Origin: Callorhinchus milii
Taxonomy: Eukaryota
Direction of reading: 5' to 3'
DNA length: 64,000 bases
Assembly (NCBI RefSeq): GCF_018977255.1
Contig: NW_024704744.1
Location: 70,184,001 to 70,248,000, forward strand
This document shows positions 23,795 through 35,910 of this stretch, piece by piece. The position numbers and the translations under genes were made by a program. Every line of letters starts with the position of its first letter. Positions within the stretch are counted from its first letter, which is position 1. The notes below the pieces were generated by a model. It worked only from the letters and a program-made list of their open reading frames with translations. It was not told the DNA's origin and did not search any database.

Positions 23795-24125
23795 ATTATT
23801 TCATTTGATCTAGCACCCATAATGCTGAGAATGTCTTAAAGAACTTCACAAAGTTTCTATTAGGTGTAGTGACTGTGTATTTGCAAGTGAATACAACAGC
23901 CTTTTTGCACACAGCTACATCCCACAAACAGCAATGAAGTAAATGATAATTTGATCTGGGTGATTGTTGGCCAGAACGTAGGGAGAAACTCTTTTCTCGT
24001 TTCGAATCGTGCCATTGGGATCTTTAATGTCCACATGAACAGGCAGATGGAAACTTGATTTAACATTGCATATGAAGGACAGCACCTCTGACAATTCAGC
24101 GCTCTCCCAGCACGGCGCAGGAGTG
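23795..24125 (-). mobile_element. Deu-domain SINE
   Basis: GTGCCATTGGGATCTTTAATGTCCACATGAACAGGCAGATGG...TTTAAC...GAAGGACAGCACCTCTGACAAT is the reverse of the Deu core. Confidence 0.75.
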
Positions 24126-24514
24126 TCTATGAGCTTACAGTCTCAACAAAACAACTGGCATGTAAATATGGCCTAGTATGCCTTAAACTGCAGTGAATAT
24201 TTAGTCTGTGAACACCCTATTTTTTATATTTGAGTCCTAGAAATGTCAGTGCAGAAAGACGTCATTCATCTACTCTAACCCATTTCCCTGTTCTTTCCCT
24301 GTACTCTTGTATTAGGCAGAGGTCCATATCTAATTCTTCTTGTCAGGACATAAATGTACATTGTGAAATGGAAACAAACGTGCAGTGACAAAAGCCACTC
24401 AAACGTTACAAAGGTTTATTGCTGTAATCTAATCACTAAACTATTTGTGCTTTGAGCTGGAGTTTTGAGGTGCCCTCCTAATGTGAAAGGTGCTATATAA
24501 GTGTAAAGTTATGT

Positions 24515-24985
24515 ATCAGCCTGGCTCAGTTGGTAGTACTCTCGCCTCTGAGTTAGAAGTCCACTTCGGGACTTGGAACCAATATAATCTAAGATGGCTC
24601 TCCAATGCAGCACAATGTGCTATATTGTTAGTGGTGCCATCCTTCAGATGAGACTTTAAACTGAGGTCTGTAAGCCTGACGAGGTAGCTGTTAAAGGTCC
24701 TATGGCATTTTGTGGGGCATTGCTGTGTACAAATTGGCTTCTCCTCTCACCTAAAAAATACACAGTCGCGACACCTTACACTACACAGCAAGAAATTACA
24801 TTTGTATAGTGCCTTTCATGTTGAGAGGACGTCCCAAGGTGCTGAACAGTCATGGACTTGGACCCGAGCTGGGCGTTGGAATCAGGAGGGGTGAGGAAGT
24901 AACTAACGCTAAATCCTGTGAAGCACTTTGAGACATTCTGACGTGAAAGGTTCCGTATCAAATGCAAGGATTATTTATATTATTA
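24515..24985 (+). mobile_element. Deu-domain SINE with an antisense L2 tail inserted (~24790-24880)
   Basis: Head TCAGCCTGGCTCAGTTGGTAGTACTCTCGCCTCTGAG, core CCTTCAGATGAGACTTTAAACTGAGG, tail GTGAAGCACTTTGAGAC...ATCAAATGCAAGGATTATT. Confidence 0.75.
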
Positions 24986-25032
24986 TAACTACGTATTCTC
25001 CACAGGGAGGGAGGAAGATTGGAGGTGAGTCC

Positions 25033-25215
25033 TAGGAACATAGGAACAGGAGTAGGCCATTCAGCCCCTCGAGCCTATTCCGCCATTCTTTTAGATCATG
25101 GCTGATCTGTACTTCAGCTCTCATAACCCGCCCTTGACCCACATCCCTTGATACCCTGTCCTAACAAAAATCTATCCACCTCAGCCTTGAATTTGAATAG
25201 ATCAGGCATCCACAG
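25033..25215 (-). mobile_element. CR1 LINE 3' end
   Basis: (TAGGAACA)n-GGAGTAGGCCATTCAGCCCCTCGAGCC...GATCATGGCTGATCT is the reverse of a CR1 tail. Confidence 0.8.
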
Positions 25216-26677
25216 CCACATTCACCACAACCTCCTTGTGGTTTGTTGCAGAGTTGCATCAACAGACATCCTGTGCTCATCCACTGCTTGTGCATTGTAC
25301 AAGGAGGGCCAACAAGGGCAAAGGGTGGAGGGTGGGGGAGGGAATCAAAATAAGGTAAAGAAAGGATCTAGGACAAATTACAGAGCTTTAGAAGTTTGTG
25401 GATTTTGGCCCAATTCCCACTCCGCCTGCTTTCACAATAGAGCCAGCAGAAATCTAGCATTCATTGTTAAAACAATAAGCATGTCGCACGGATATCTATG
25501 TAAAACATTGATGGGGACCAGGTTGATCAACAAGAAACTAAATAAGCAGAACCACAGTCCATATGAATGACATTCTTGTTTGCATAAGCGCCACTGTAGG
25601 GTTGTGAATTAGTGCAGCAATGTAGCGAAAGCTCAGCTGTACAACTGGCTGACAGCCAAGGAGGCAGATACAGTGCCTTTTCAGTAGTTTCCAGCTCTGC
25701 CAGAGCTGAGCTGGAGTTGGGGAGAGTCGTCGGCAGACTGTAGAATATGCAGTACTGTATGTATTAGACTCCAGCTCTTTCAGTACAGAAGTATTCCATC
25801 GTTAACCAGCTCTGAAAGAACAGCAAAACAGAGGATATACTTTTAAACAGTTGGTGAGTACCACTGGTTTCCCTGTTGTGCAGTGTTGTAAAACTAAAGT
25901 GCTACTTTTAGAACTATTGAGAAGTTCTCCCTCAGCAGTAATGGAGAAGTTTTTTTGCAGACTGTCGTTCACTATCCAGGGAGTCTGTGCCTGTCAGCTC
26001 ATGCAGTGGCAGAAGGGAACTTTTGCTTTAGCTCTGTGCTCACAAACAGTGATTATTTCTGAGGGACAAGCCAGTCCGAGAGCAGTGGTTCTTTTGAATG
26101 AATGTCTTTCTGTTTGTTTGGAGTCATTTTGACAGCGAGCTATAAATCACTTATTGTTTGGTAGACTGCAGCCTCACTTACTAGGGTGCTATCAGTGTAT
26201 TCGGGACCTGTTATAATCAGCTGTGAGACTTGAGTGTGGTTCGACTAGCAGAGGTCAAAACAACTCCAAACCCAGCAGCAGGATTCACTAAGCTGAACTC
26301 AGTCAGTACTTAAACACCGGTCGTACCAGAGGCAACAAAACTGGAAATCTGTAACCTTTGAGGAGTGTCTGAAATAAGAGACTTTCAATTGTAAAGCATT
26401 TTAACTAGCTTACAGGACAAGAAGGCTCGAAACCGTTTCATTCTCTTAATCATACTGACTTCTAGAAATACATCAATTAAATAATCTGGTTTCTGGCTCG
26501 AATCGTATTTGATTCCACACTGAGACTGCTGATTGACCTCTACGTTTAATGTACTGTTGTAATCGTAACACAATGTAGGCTTCATTTAAATCGTTTCAAG
26601 TCATCAGACTTATCAGCCAACACACAGTGTCTTAAGCAAGTGCAGTATTAGAACCAATTTAACTCTTTAATAACTTA

Positions 26678-27060
26678 TGTCAGCCTGGCTCAGTTGGTAA
26701 CACTTTCACCTCTGAGTCAGACTGTTGTCAGTTTAAGCCTCGCACTGGGACTTTGAGCTCCTAGTCTAGGGTGACCCTCCAAAGTAGTCCTGGGGGAGCT
26801 CAACAATGTCAGCACTGCTGTCTTTTGGATTGGATATTAAACCAGAGCCCCGTCTGCCTGTTCAAATTGGTTCTATAGCACAATTCGAAAGAGATGGGAG
26901 TTTTTTCCCAGTGACCTGGCAAATAATTCCCCAAATAAAATTGATCATTCACTTCATGGCTATTTATGGGATATTGCTGTGCGCAAATTGGCTGCTGGAT
27001 TGGTCTACAAAATAGTCACTACAGTTTGCAATAAATTGTGTGAGGTGCTTGAGACGTGAT
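26678..27060 (+). mobile_element. Deu-domain SINE, near full length
   Basis: Head GTCAGCCTGGCTCAGTTGGTAACAC...TCTGAGTCAGA, core TTAAACCAGAGCCCCGTCTGCCTGTTCA, and TTGCTGTGCGCAAATTGGCTGC. Confidence 0.75.
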
Positions 27061-27062
27061 AA

Positions 27063-27247
27063 AACAAAACAAAAAATAATTTTGTCACTCGATCCATGAC
27101 TGTTTGTGGGACACTGCTATGCGCAATTGGCTGCCGCGGTTCGCCCACAAATATACAGTCAATTCCCTTTACAGTGTATTCTGTGAAGCGCTTTGAAACA
27201 TCTCGAAGACGTGAAAAAGCACTATATCAAATGCAAGGATTATTATA
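27063..27247 (+). mobile_element. tRNA-SINE 3' half
   Basis: High similarity to the reverse complement of 60349-60530. Confidence 0.85.
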
Positions 27248-29956
27248 GATAAAATGCAAGGATTATAAAAATGCTGGAGGAGCAGAATGGAATTTATTGA
27301 ATTATAATATATATAATTAATATATTGCTATAGATTCATTTATTAGCTTTCCTTCAAACACTTCTATCTTTCTCCCCCGCCCGCACCAACATAGTGACAG
27401 CCGGTTAAGAGACATCTTAATAACTTAGTTAATAAGGTTGGAGACAGGGACACACCCAGGACCTTTGATGCACCCATTGCAGTGGTGAAGTTCTGGAGTT
27501 GGGGAAGGTGTGGAGTGGAACTCAGGCTGGGTCTGAGCAGAATGGGAGAGGTGGCGAGGCTGAAGGGAAAGAGCTGAATGTACCTGGTTGCTGATCTGGT
27601 GTGTGATTCCAGTTGCTGCTGACGGGATTGTTGCACTGCCATGTGCAGACTGACACACATGCATAGTCTGATATTCTTCTGAGGCTCCACTCAATGTGTA
27701 AAAGGAAGCTTACTCTAGAAGCAGCCTGCAGAAGACAGAGCAGAGCTCACCGTATGAGGTTAGGAAGCGCCGAGTGTCTTTCTCCGGCACGTGCAAGACT
27801 TTGCAGGGTTTGCTTACGTCCCTGCATTTTATAGCATCAAATCATTCAAAAGGTCTCGGAGCACGTCATGTGTAATTTTTGTGAACTGGTTCTGTTGGCA
27901 GAGGTGGCTATCGTTTTCCATAAGGCAAGGTCTCACTAACAGTCATGAAACAAATAACCAAGTAATCTGGAGAATTGTTGGTCAGGACATCTCTCTACGA
28001 ATAGTTCTTTGGGATCTTTAAGTCCCTCCTGATTAACAGGCCGAAGGGGCTTTGGTTTAACAGTTCATCTGCATGAAATGGAAATATGGCTCATGATTCT
28101 TTCTTAGTCCCTTGTACTCGCCTTCATCAGGTGAGAATAGTCTTTTCACACACAGGTCACAGGACAGAGCACCCCATGCTCAGGGTCCAAACCTGTAGAG
28201 GGAAGGTGAGGTGACACACCAAAAGTCGTACCTCTTATGTGTGATTGTTTTTGAGAAACGCGCAGCTCAAACCAGGATGGTGCCAAACCTCTTTCAGGAG
28301 ATGGATCGTAAATCAGAATCTAAAACGTGGTCTTCCTCTCAAATCACAATGGTACTTTTACAGCCGCAGTGATTTGAACTATAGATCTCATGTCACTGGA
28401 ACAACTCAAAGCGCTTGCCAGATAGGATGAGAAGCACCGAGGAGAGTCAAGGATGTGGGCCAAAAATATAGTCAAAGAGAGCTGTTTTGAAGGCTGGGAG
28501 AGAGGAAGCGAGGCACAGAGAGATTCTATTTATCATGTTTCATGGGAGGCTGACAAGTACAATAGAATTCAGCACAATTGATGTCAAAACAAGCTTATTG
28601 TAGCGTTACGCCAATTCTTTGATATTCATTGGGGTGCTGTAAGTAATCATTTTTCCTCCATATTTTAAACTATTTATCTCATAAGAGAAGTGTTGTTGGA
28701 TGAAGCAAACCTCTAGTGTAAGATCAGCCTCATGAATCACAACAGTTGTTTCTTCTCTGTCATTTTGTTCCAGTCATCATTAAAAAAGTATTCTCTGTCA
28801 GCAAAAATCTTTCTCTTCTGTACACAGGACGCTTGGTGATGAAGATGGTGTGTTTTTAAATAGAAATGAGCTGTAAGTGATATTGGTTCAAGAAGCAGAC
28901 TCCAGCTGGCTTACAAAGAGAGACTGTAGGCCTTTAAATAATGGTTTGCATGTTAAAGATCCCACTACTGATATTTAAGCACAGAAATTACAGGACTTGT
29001 GTGGTAGTCTTGAAACAGCAACATTTATTTAGACATTTGGCATGTGTTTTCTTACTGGGTAATCAGTTCTCCGACACACTAGGGAGCAAACTGGAGAAAG
29101 ACTTCTTTCTTACCACATTTTTGAAAAGAATCCAGCTGCAATTTTTCTGTCCTTTTGGTTCACAAAGTTAGTGGGTTTAATGCTGCTTGAGTTAAAAGTA
29201 GACCTATTGTGTAATCACAACTAACTGAGTTGTTACAAAAAGACAACCCTTTTTGTAAATGAATTTCCCATGATCTTCCCATGATCCATAGATGTGAGAG
29301 GTGAGTGTGTCCTCTCTCGCTCACACACACGCACTGCATCGTAAGTTTCTCTCTCTCTTAGGATCAAAAGCTGTGCTTCAGATCTTTTGTAAATACTGAC
29401 ATAGTTGTTTAGGAATTTGCAGTTTGACTCTGTAAGTCAGCCTGTGGAGAAATTACATTTGCAAAACAAAATGTGCCTGATCCATGTAGCAGTTGAACAT
29501 TTCATCCAGGGTTTTCCTACAACTTCTGGAATTGGACCCAAAGAGTCCAGTCTTTGCTGCAGTTGTGCTTTACATTAGTGTTCTCAACGTCTTCCTTGTA
29601 ATAACCTCACCACCGAGATCTATACCACGCTGCAGAAGCCTTTAGGTTGATGACCTGACCTAGCCTCACTTACTAATGGTCACCACTTTTAAGAATGAAC
29701 TAGTACCAAAGCACTGGCCTGCACAACGCAACTAAAATGATTGATGATGTCAGGAACTCGGTAATAATTGGCTTCCCTCTGGTCTGTGCACCAACATCAA
29801 TTTACATTTATATTGCACCAGGAAACTGTCTCAAACTGTTTCACGGACTGGGATCCGAGCTGGGGGAGGAGGAAGGTGACCAAAAGAGCGGTCGAAAAGA
29901 ATACATATCCCTACCTGAACACAGCTAGATTCAGAAATAAACCTGCTGGTCTGTAT

Positions 29957-30123
29957 AAACAAAACACAAAATACTGCAGATGCTGGAAATCTGAATCAAA
30001 AACAGAAGTCGCTGGGAACATTCAGTGCTGATGAAGAGTCGTGGACCCGAAACGTTGACTCACTTTCCTTTCTCCGTAGATGCTGCCTGACCTGCTGAGT
30101 GTTCCCAACGACTTCTGTTTTTG
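29957..30123. mobile_element. Fold-back PLE pLTR-derived insertion with hammerhead motif and 14-bp TSD
   Basis: Flanked by CTGCTGGTCTGTAT (29943-29956) and CTGCTGGACTGTAT (30124-30137). Inverted arms AAAAACAGAAGTCGCTGGGAACA / TGTTCCCAACGACTTCTGTTTTT. CTGATGA...GAAAC at 30028-30053. Confidence 0.85.
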
Positions 30124-31059
30124 CTGCTGGACTGTATCACATGTATGTTTTTTTTTAACCTACTTGATTTATTTTTGGTTAAGCATGTAAGAGAAATATT
30201 TTGTAACTTATTTTGGGCACAACACAAAAGGGGGGCTCTTTTGAATGGGATTCCTAAATCGACCCATGGGACTTCCACTCTGGAAGTAGATTGTATTGCT
30301 GCGGAGTTTATCCCAGGTTTGTATGATATTGTCAACTTCCCATTACCAGACGAAACTTCCACTTGGGCAGCTCAGGCTCCTTATTAAGAGATACCGCAGG
30401 GTAGACCCAAATGTTTTATTTCGAGCAGCTATCACACAGGGAAAACTGAATGACACGGAGTTTGAATCCAGCATTCCGTAATGTCCGTTCATATGGCTAA
30501 ATATGGCATCCGGATCAGATGGGAATTAAAGAAACATTTTTAAAAGATGCGAACAAGGGCAGGTAGCCATTCAGTTTCCTGCGCTGGCTGGAAGCTCAGA
30601 GGGTTATATATTTATTCTGGCAGAGGAACAAGCTGTGCTTCCTGGTCTGAGTGATGCTGCAAGACCTCACTGCTTTCCTGGCCACTTGAAATGGCTGAGC
30701 AGCTTGCCATACAGGAAATCAATTGCAGCTGAAAGGGATGGCTTCTACTGGAGGCATAAACACATATTTTGCTTCAAAATAAAGCATGACTTTCATCTTC
30801 TGTCTGTTTTCACAATTGCAATGCAAACCCGAGGGTCCCCTCACAAAAAAGAATATTAACAAATGTTCAATTCCAGGCTTTGTATGGGAAGACTGTGTTG
30901 CAATATTTTTAAATGACGATGCATTCATCCGTCGCATTTCTCTGGATGCTGAGTGGGTGCGCTTGAGAGATGTCTCAGAGGTGATCTCATATGGATGCAC
31001 AACACTTTAAATGGGATTGGAAAAAGTAAAGCCAGAGCAGTACATTACGATGCACTAAG

Positions 31060-31225
31060 ACAGTAGGACAAGAGGATATAGGTTTAGAATGTAAAAGGCA
31101 ATTTCAGGACAGACACCAGAAAGTTTTTCTTTAATCACAGGGTAATTAACAATTGGAACATTTTGGCAGGAAGGAAGGTTGAGGCCAGGACACTGGATTT
31201 ATTTAAAACATGGCTTGATGCGTTT
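31060..31225 (+). mobile_element. CR1 LINE fragment
   Basis: AGGACAAGAGGATATAGGTTTAGA...TTCAGGACAGACACCAGAAAGTTTTTCTT...TGGAAC (RTRG...FRTD.RK.FF...WN). Confidence 0.65.
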
Positions 31226-34200
31226 GTAATTTTGATGGTAGATCAGCTTGTGATTTTGAAGGTAGATCAGTCGCTGCAACTGTAAAATAATCCTTGCATT
31301 TGATATAGCGCCTTTCACATCAGGAGGATATCTGAAAGCATTTCACAAGATGCATTGCAAAGTACACTGACCGTGTATTTTGTAGGCGAACATGGCAACC
31401 AACCTACTTGCAGTAATGTCCCACAAACAGCCAAACAGTAAAAATGCTACTAATCTATATTGCACATCAATTCAGTGAATAACTTGACAAATAACTCCAT
31501 AATACAAAAAACTATGCCAATTACTTTATCCACTACTGATACAACTAAACTTTCTTGTATCTGCATTGACTCACCAAACCTTGATCTCACCCCACACCTT
31601 CGATGGAAACAAAGATAAGCTTATTTCATTCAATTATTTAAAATCTGTTTCTTCATATCTCTTGCAAGTTTAAGTGACAATTGTTTCCACTTCCACTTCT
31701 ACTTGACCGCAACACTCTTTATCCTTCCCTGTTTGCTGGCTTTGTTAGTCTCGCTATCTCTTTGTTATCTCTTTCAAAACGCAATGCTCACTACTTTGCT
31801 GACGTTGCCTCTAAACATCTTGTCAACAACTTTCAACTTCCTATTCAAGAAAAGTTACAAGAAAAGTTCTGCTGTCTGATAGTTAACCCTTCTCTTGTCT
31901 GTAGCATGCATCCTCTATACACATCACAATCTTGTGTGCCTTTCATAGAAATCTAGAAGTTTCAGTACAGAAGGATGTCATTTGGTGTTTTTCCCGTTAT
32001 AATGCTATTCCGAAGACCAGTGTTTCTCTGAACTTTTCAGGAAGCATTCCTTCAACAACAACAACAAGATTCCATTTATTGAGCGCCTTTCACGTCGGGA
32101 GGACATCCCAAAGAGGCTTGTGGAGATGTGGAGCTCTGCCCAGAAAGTTGTAGGAGTGGGATCATAGGGATGTTTAAAAGACAGATAGATACTTGAGTAG
32201 TAGTGGTATTATGGGAAATGGCAAAAGGCTGGGGCATTGGGTTTAAAAGATTTAATCTTTATTGATCTAATACACAGGTGGTACAGACTCAATGGACTGA
32301 ATGGCCTCCTCCTGTACTCCGATGCTCCTTTGTTCCAGGCTCAAAATGTATCATGCCCCAAGAATTTCCTCCTTCTTTCATCCTCACTGGATTGAAATGA
32401 AATCTCATCACCGTCTCTGAAATACTCCAGCTCAACCTGTATTCCTTTCTGGGATTTAAGTCAACAGAGCTCCTGTACCATTCCTGGTCTTTACTTCCTA
32501 CTGAAATATAGAGGCTTTAAGATTTTTGTCAGCTAGCCATTGTTCATTTCATCTTCCTGCCTACTCTTTACAGCTTTGGTAATGTCTTCCACTATGGAGT
32601 TTTTGCCCTTCACCTAGTTTCTCAATAAAGCAAAAGTAACATTTAGACCACATGATCTTCAGTGTCTATTAAGAAAGAGGAAAGTCTGTATTGTAAACCA
32701 TTACATAATGAGGGTTCTTCAATAGGCAACCTATAAAAATGTAGATTCAACCTGTACACCCCTCCATGTTCAGCTCCACAGACATTATTATCAAGATGTA
32801 CAGTGATGGATTTTCTTAAAGGATGAGATCAAATGGGTCAAAGGGCTTTTAGTATCATCATTTTTGTATGTCTTTTGTAGGAACACTTTTCTCGTATGAT
32901 CTGCTGGGTAGGAACAGCCAGGCTGAGGTTGAGAGAAAACTGGACTGGAAATGAAATTGAACTTACCTTGCATGCGTGTGTGAAGCTCTCTGTTGTGTTG
33001 AGTCAGATCCTAACTGTTAGAATTTCACTGTGTGGGGGCTGATGTGATAATTAATTTCCATCAAGTATCTACTCTGAGTCTTACTCGTGAAGTGGGCAGC
33101 CGGTGGGCGGTAGAGTAGAGATCACAGATGCTCTGATGGAAGAATGGTAGAGTGGGTGTTCTGGAAGGATGAGACCAAATGGGCTGAGAGGTTTCTCATC
33201 CTGAAGCTCTGTTGCGATCTTGTGAGGGCAATTGGGAAGCAATGTGATCCCCTCACGCACCTCCTGACCTCATTCTATGGGGGTTGTGTTACAGACCTTC
33301 AACTATACCAAAATCTTCATCTTACTCAGATACCCGGGCTTCATTGTGTAATCCCAGTCTGTGCACTGGAAATGAAGAAAACTTTTATAAGATGAATGAA
33401 TTGCCCATAAAAATTTATCCTGACTTAACCAATAACAATGTGCATTTGTCCAGCACCTTTCATTGTAAAAGAATATCTGAGAACACTCAACAAATACATG
33501 TAAACAAACATGGAAAAAAGTGCATATTGAATCAGCTTGCTGGTCTTCAGACTGCTGCTGTAAGGGATCAGCTTCAGTGCAAGTTGACTTGAGGAGTTTG
33601 GTCAAGTTCAGTTAGACCTTCTTTGATGTTACATTTGAGACTTGGCTTATGTCGCTGTGCACTCCACTGCTCTGCTGCAATGAGGGACGAGGTTCAGACT
33701 GACCACACGCCCATCATGCTGGGACACTTAACAGCTGCTAGACCATCTGTATATACTGTATTATAAACCAGGTCCCAAAGGACACAATTCTGAGACATAA
33801 GTGCTCTGACTCTGTTTTTTTTTATTTGAATGCGTTTCTTTTATAACAAAAACCTCAAATCAAGACTATAATAATCAGACATAACTCTGAACCTTGTCTG
33901 AAGTATGCAATGAAATAAACCCACAAGCATTACTGAAACCTGCAAGCGATTAAAGGAGAAAATTAATTTTTGATGAAGTTTTTCATCGTGTCCAAGTTGT
34001 AGGATGACTATTCCATTTTTGGCTCTGTAACCCACAGACCCACATAGCCTGTAGGAACCTGCTCCAGTTCACTTTTTAGAACTCTTAAGCAGTAGATAAT
34101 GCAAAATTATAGTTTTCTTACGACGGCAAATCTTGTGCTGCGGTGACCAGAATTGATTGTGTGGTCTAACCAGAGCATTGTGCAGCTTGAGAATGATGTC

Positions 34201-35678
34201 TGGGGATCTAAACTCAAGCAATTTAGCAATAAAAGTTCATCACTCTTTGAAGGATATGGTGTGCAAATTGGTTGCTGCAGTCGCCTACAAAATACACTTT
34301 AAAATATATTCTGTGAAGTGCTTTGAAGTGTATAAAATTAAACTAGTTTGAGCTGAGACAGGTAAGTGAGGAATGAGAAAGCTTTAACTTGGCCATGCCT
34401 GCTTTAAGAACTTCAACTGAAAATGTTCTCTCTTATTCATATAAAAAATGTCTCTTCTGGTTCCACTTAACTTTCTCCTGAGGTTTAATACCAAACTTTA
34501 GTTTTCTAAAATCCATCATCCTGAGGTTCGTACAGGGATTATTTTCTGATTAACTCAAATGGGCTGTTTCAGATAAATTGGAAAATGACTGTAAATTACA
34601 TGTAGCTCAGGTCAAGGTGAGTCATTGCGTACTCACACAAACCCAAGTCCTGCCTCTCCAGTCATTGTCCTCAGATTTTAATGAACAAACTACAATACAT
34701 CCGTGCAAGCTGTGCGTAGAAAACCTGTGACTAAAACAATTGCAGGAAAGAGTTACCTAAACAAGCTGCTTTAACAGGAGGCACAGAAGAGGGGACATTT
34801 CTTCAGTGTATTAAAGGAGCTCTGAACATTTATTGAAAAGTGTAAAACTTTGGTGCTGATATTGGTCTTGGAGGTTTATAATACTGCTTTTGCATTACTA
34901 ATCTGTCTCCAGAGGCAACTAATGACATAGGTTTTACCAGCTCTGGATCCACCGAGACCTGTCTTGGAGTTGGATCTGATTTCAGCAAGTGCTGAAAGAA
35001 CAGTCACCTCTCTGGAGTTGGAGAGCTGATTAACAGATTCCCTGATCAACTAATTAGCAGAAAAACAGGGATGCAGTTCAAAGGAATTTCTTCACTCAGA
35101 GTGCTGTTAGGGTTTGGAATTCGTTCCCAAAAGCAGTTACTGATGCTCGAGCAATGGAATTGGAATCGTTCAAAAAAAGGAATTGGATAAACGCCCAAAC
35201 AGTAAAAACATTGAGGGATATTGGGAAAGAGCTGGGAAACAGGAATAATAAAAAAATTGGGACAACTTAGAAAAAAACTGGCACAAAATCAATGGCCTCC
35301 TTTGCTGAACATTTCTGGTTCTATCTTCTGTGGCCATTGAAAGCATGACTCTAGAGAAAGGTAAACGTCCCGGAGCTCTGAAATGGGGCACTGCCTTCAT
35401 ATTCCAGGACTCCGGGTCGCTAAATATAAAAGGGAGTGTGAGCGAGCTCGTGGCCCCTGAGAACACGAGCTGCTCCAGATTCTGATTGTCAAAATGTGGA
35501 GCAAGGAGAGGGATTCTTTGTTGAAAGTTGTGACTTTCAGTGTAAAATATGTTACATCTCTAATGAATAAAGAACTAAATTGTACTAGCACAATTTACAG
35601 TGCTGTAGGTATTCAATGGAGAATTAATTACCCGCAAGCTGACTACAAGTTTGACCCGTGGCTAAAGGACATTCCTGA

Positions 35679-35910
35679 GGCCTGAAATTCCACCTAGGTC
35701 TTACCCTGTAAGACCATTTCACTTTATAATTTAGTAGGAATTTTGTAATATTCTTCAATTCAGTTTTACTTTGGAAGCCAGTTGTTTTTACGAATTGCAG
35801 ATTTCCAAATCAAAAATGAACTCAAGAATTTGATCACAGTCCTGTACAATATTAAACTTTTTAAGATAAATGCTCTTACTGGCTGAGACGGGGTGAAATT
35901 TTGAATCCCT
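35679..35910. mobile_element. MITE-like element (GGCCTGAAATTC terminus)
   Basis: Start CTGAGGCCTGAAATTC is shared with 61399; imperfect palindromic AT-rich body. Confidence 0.55.
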
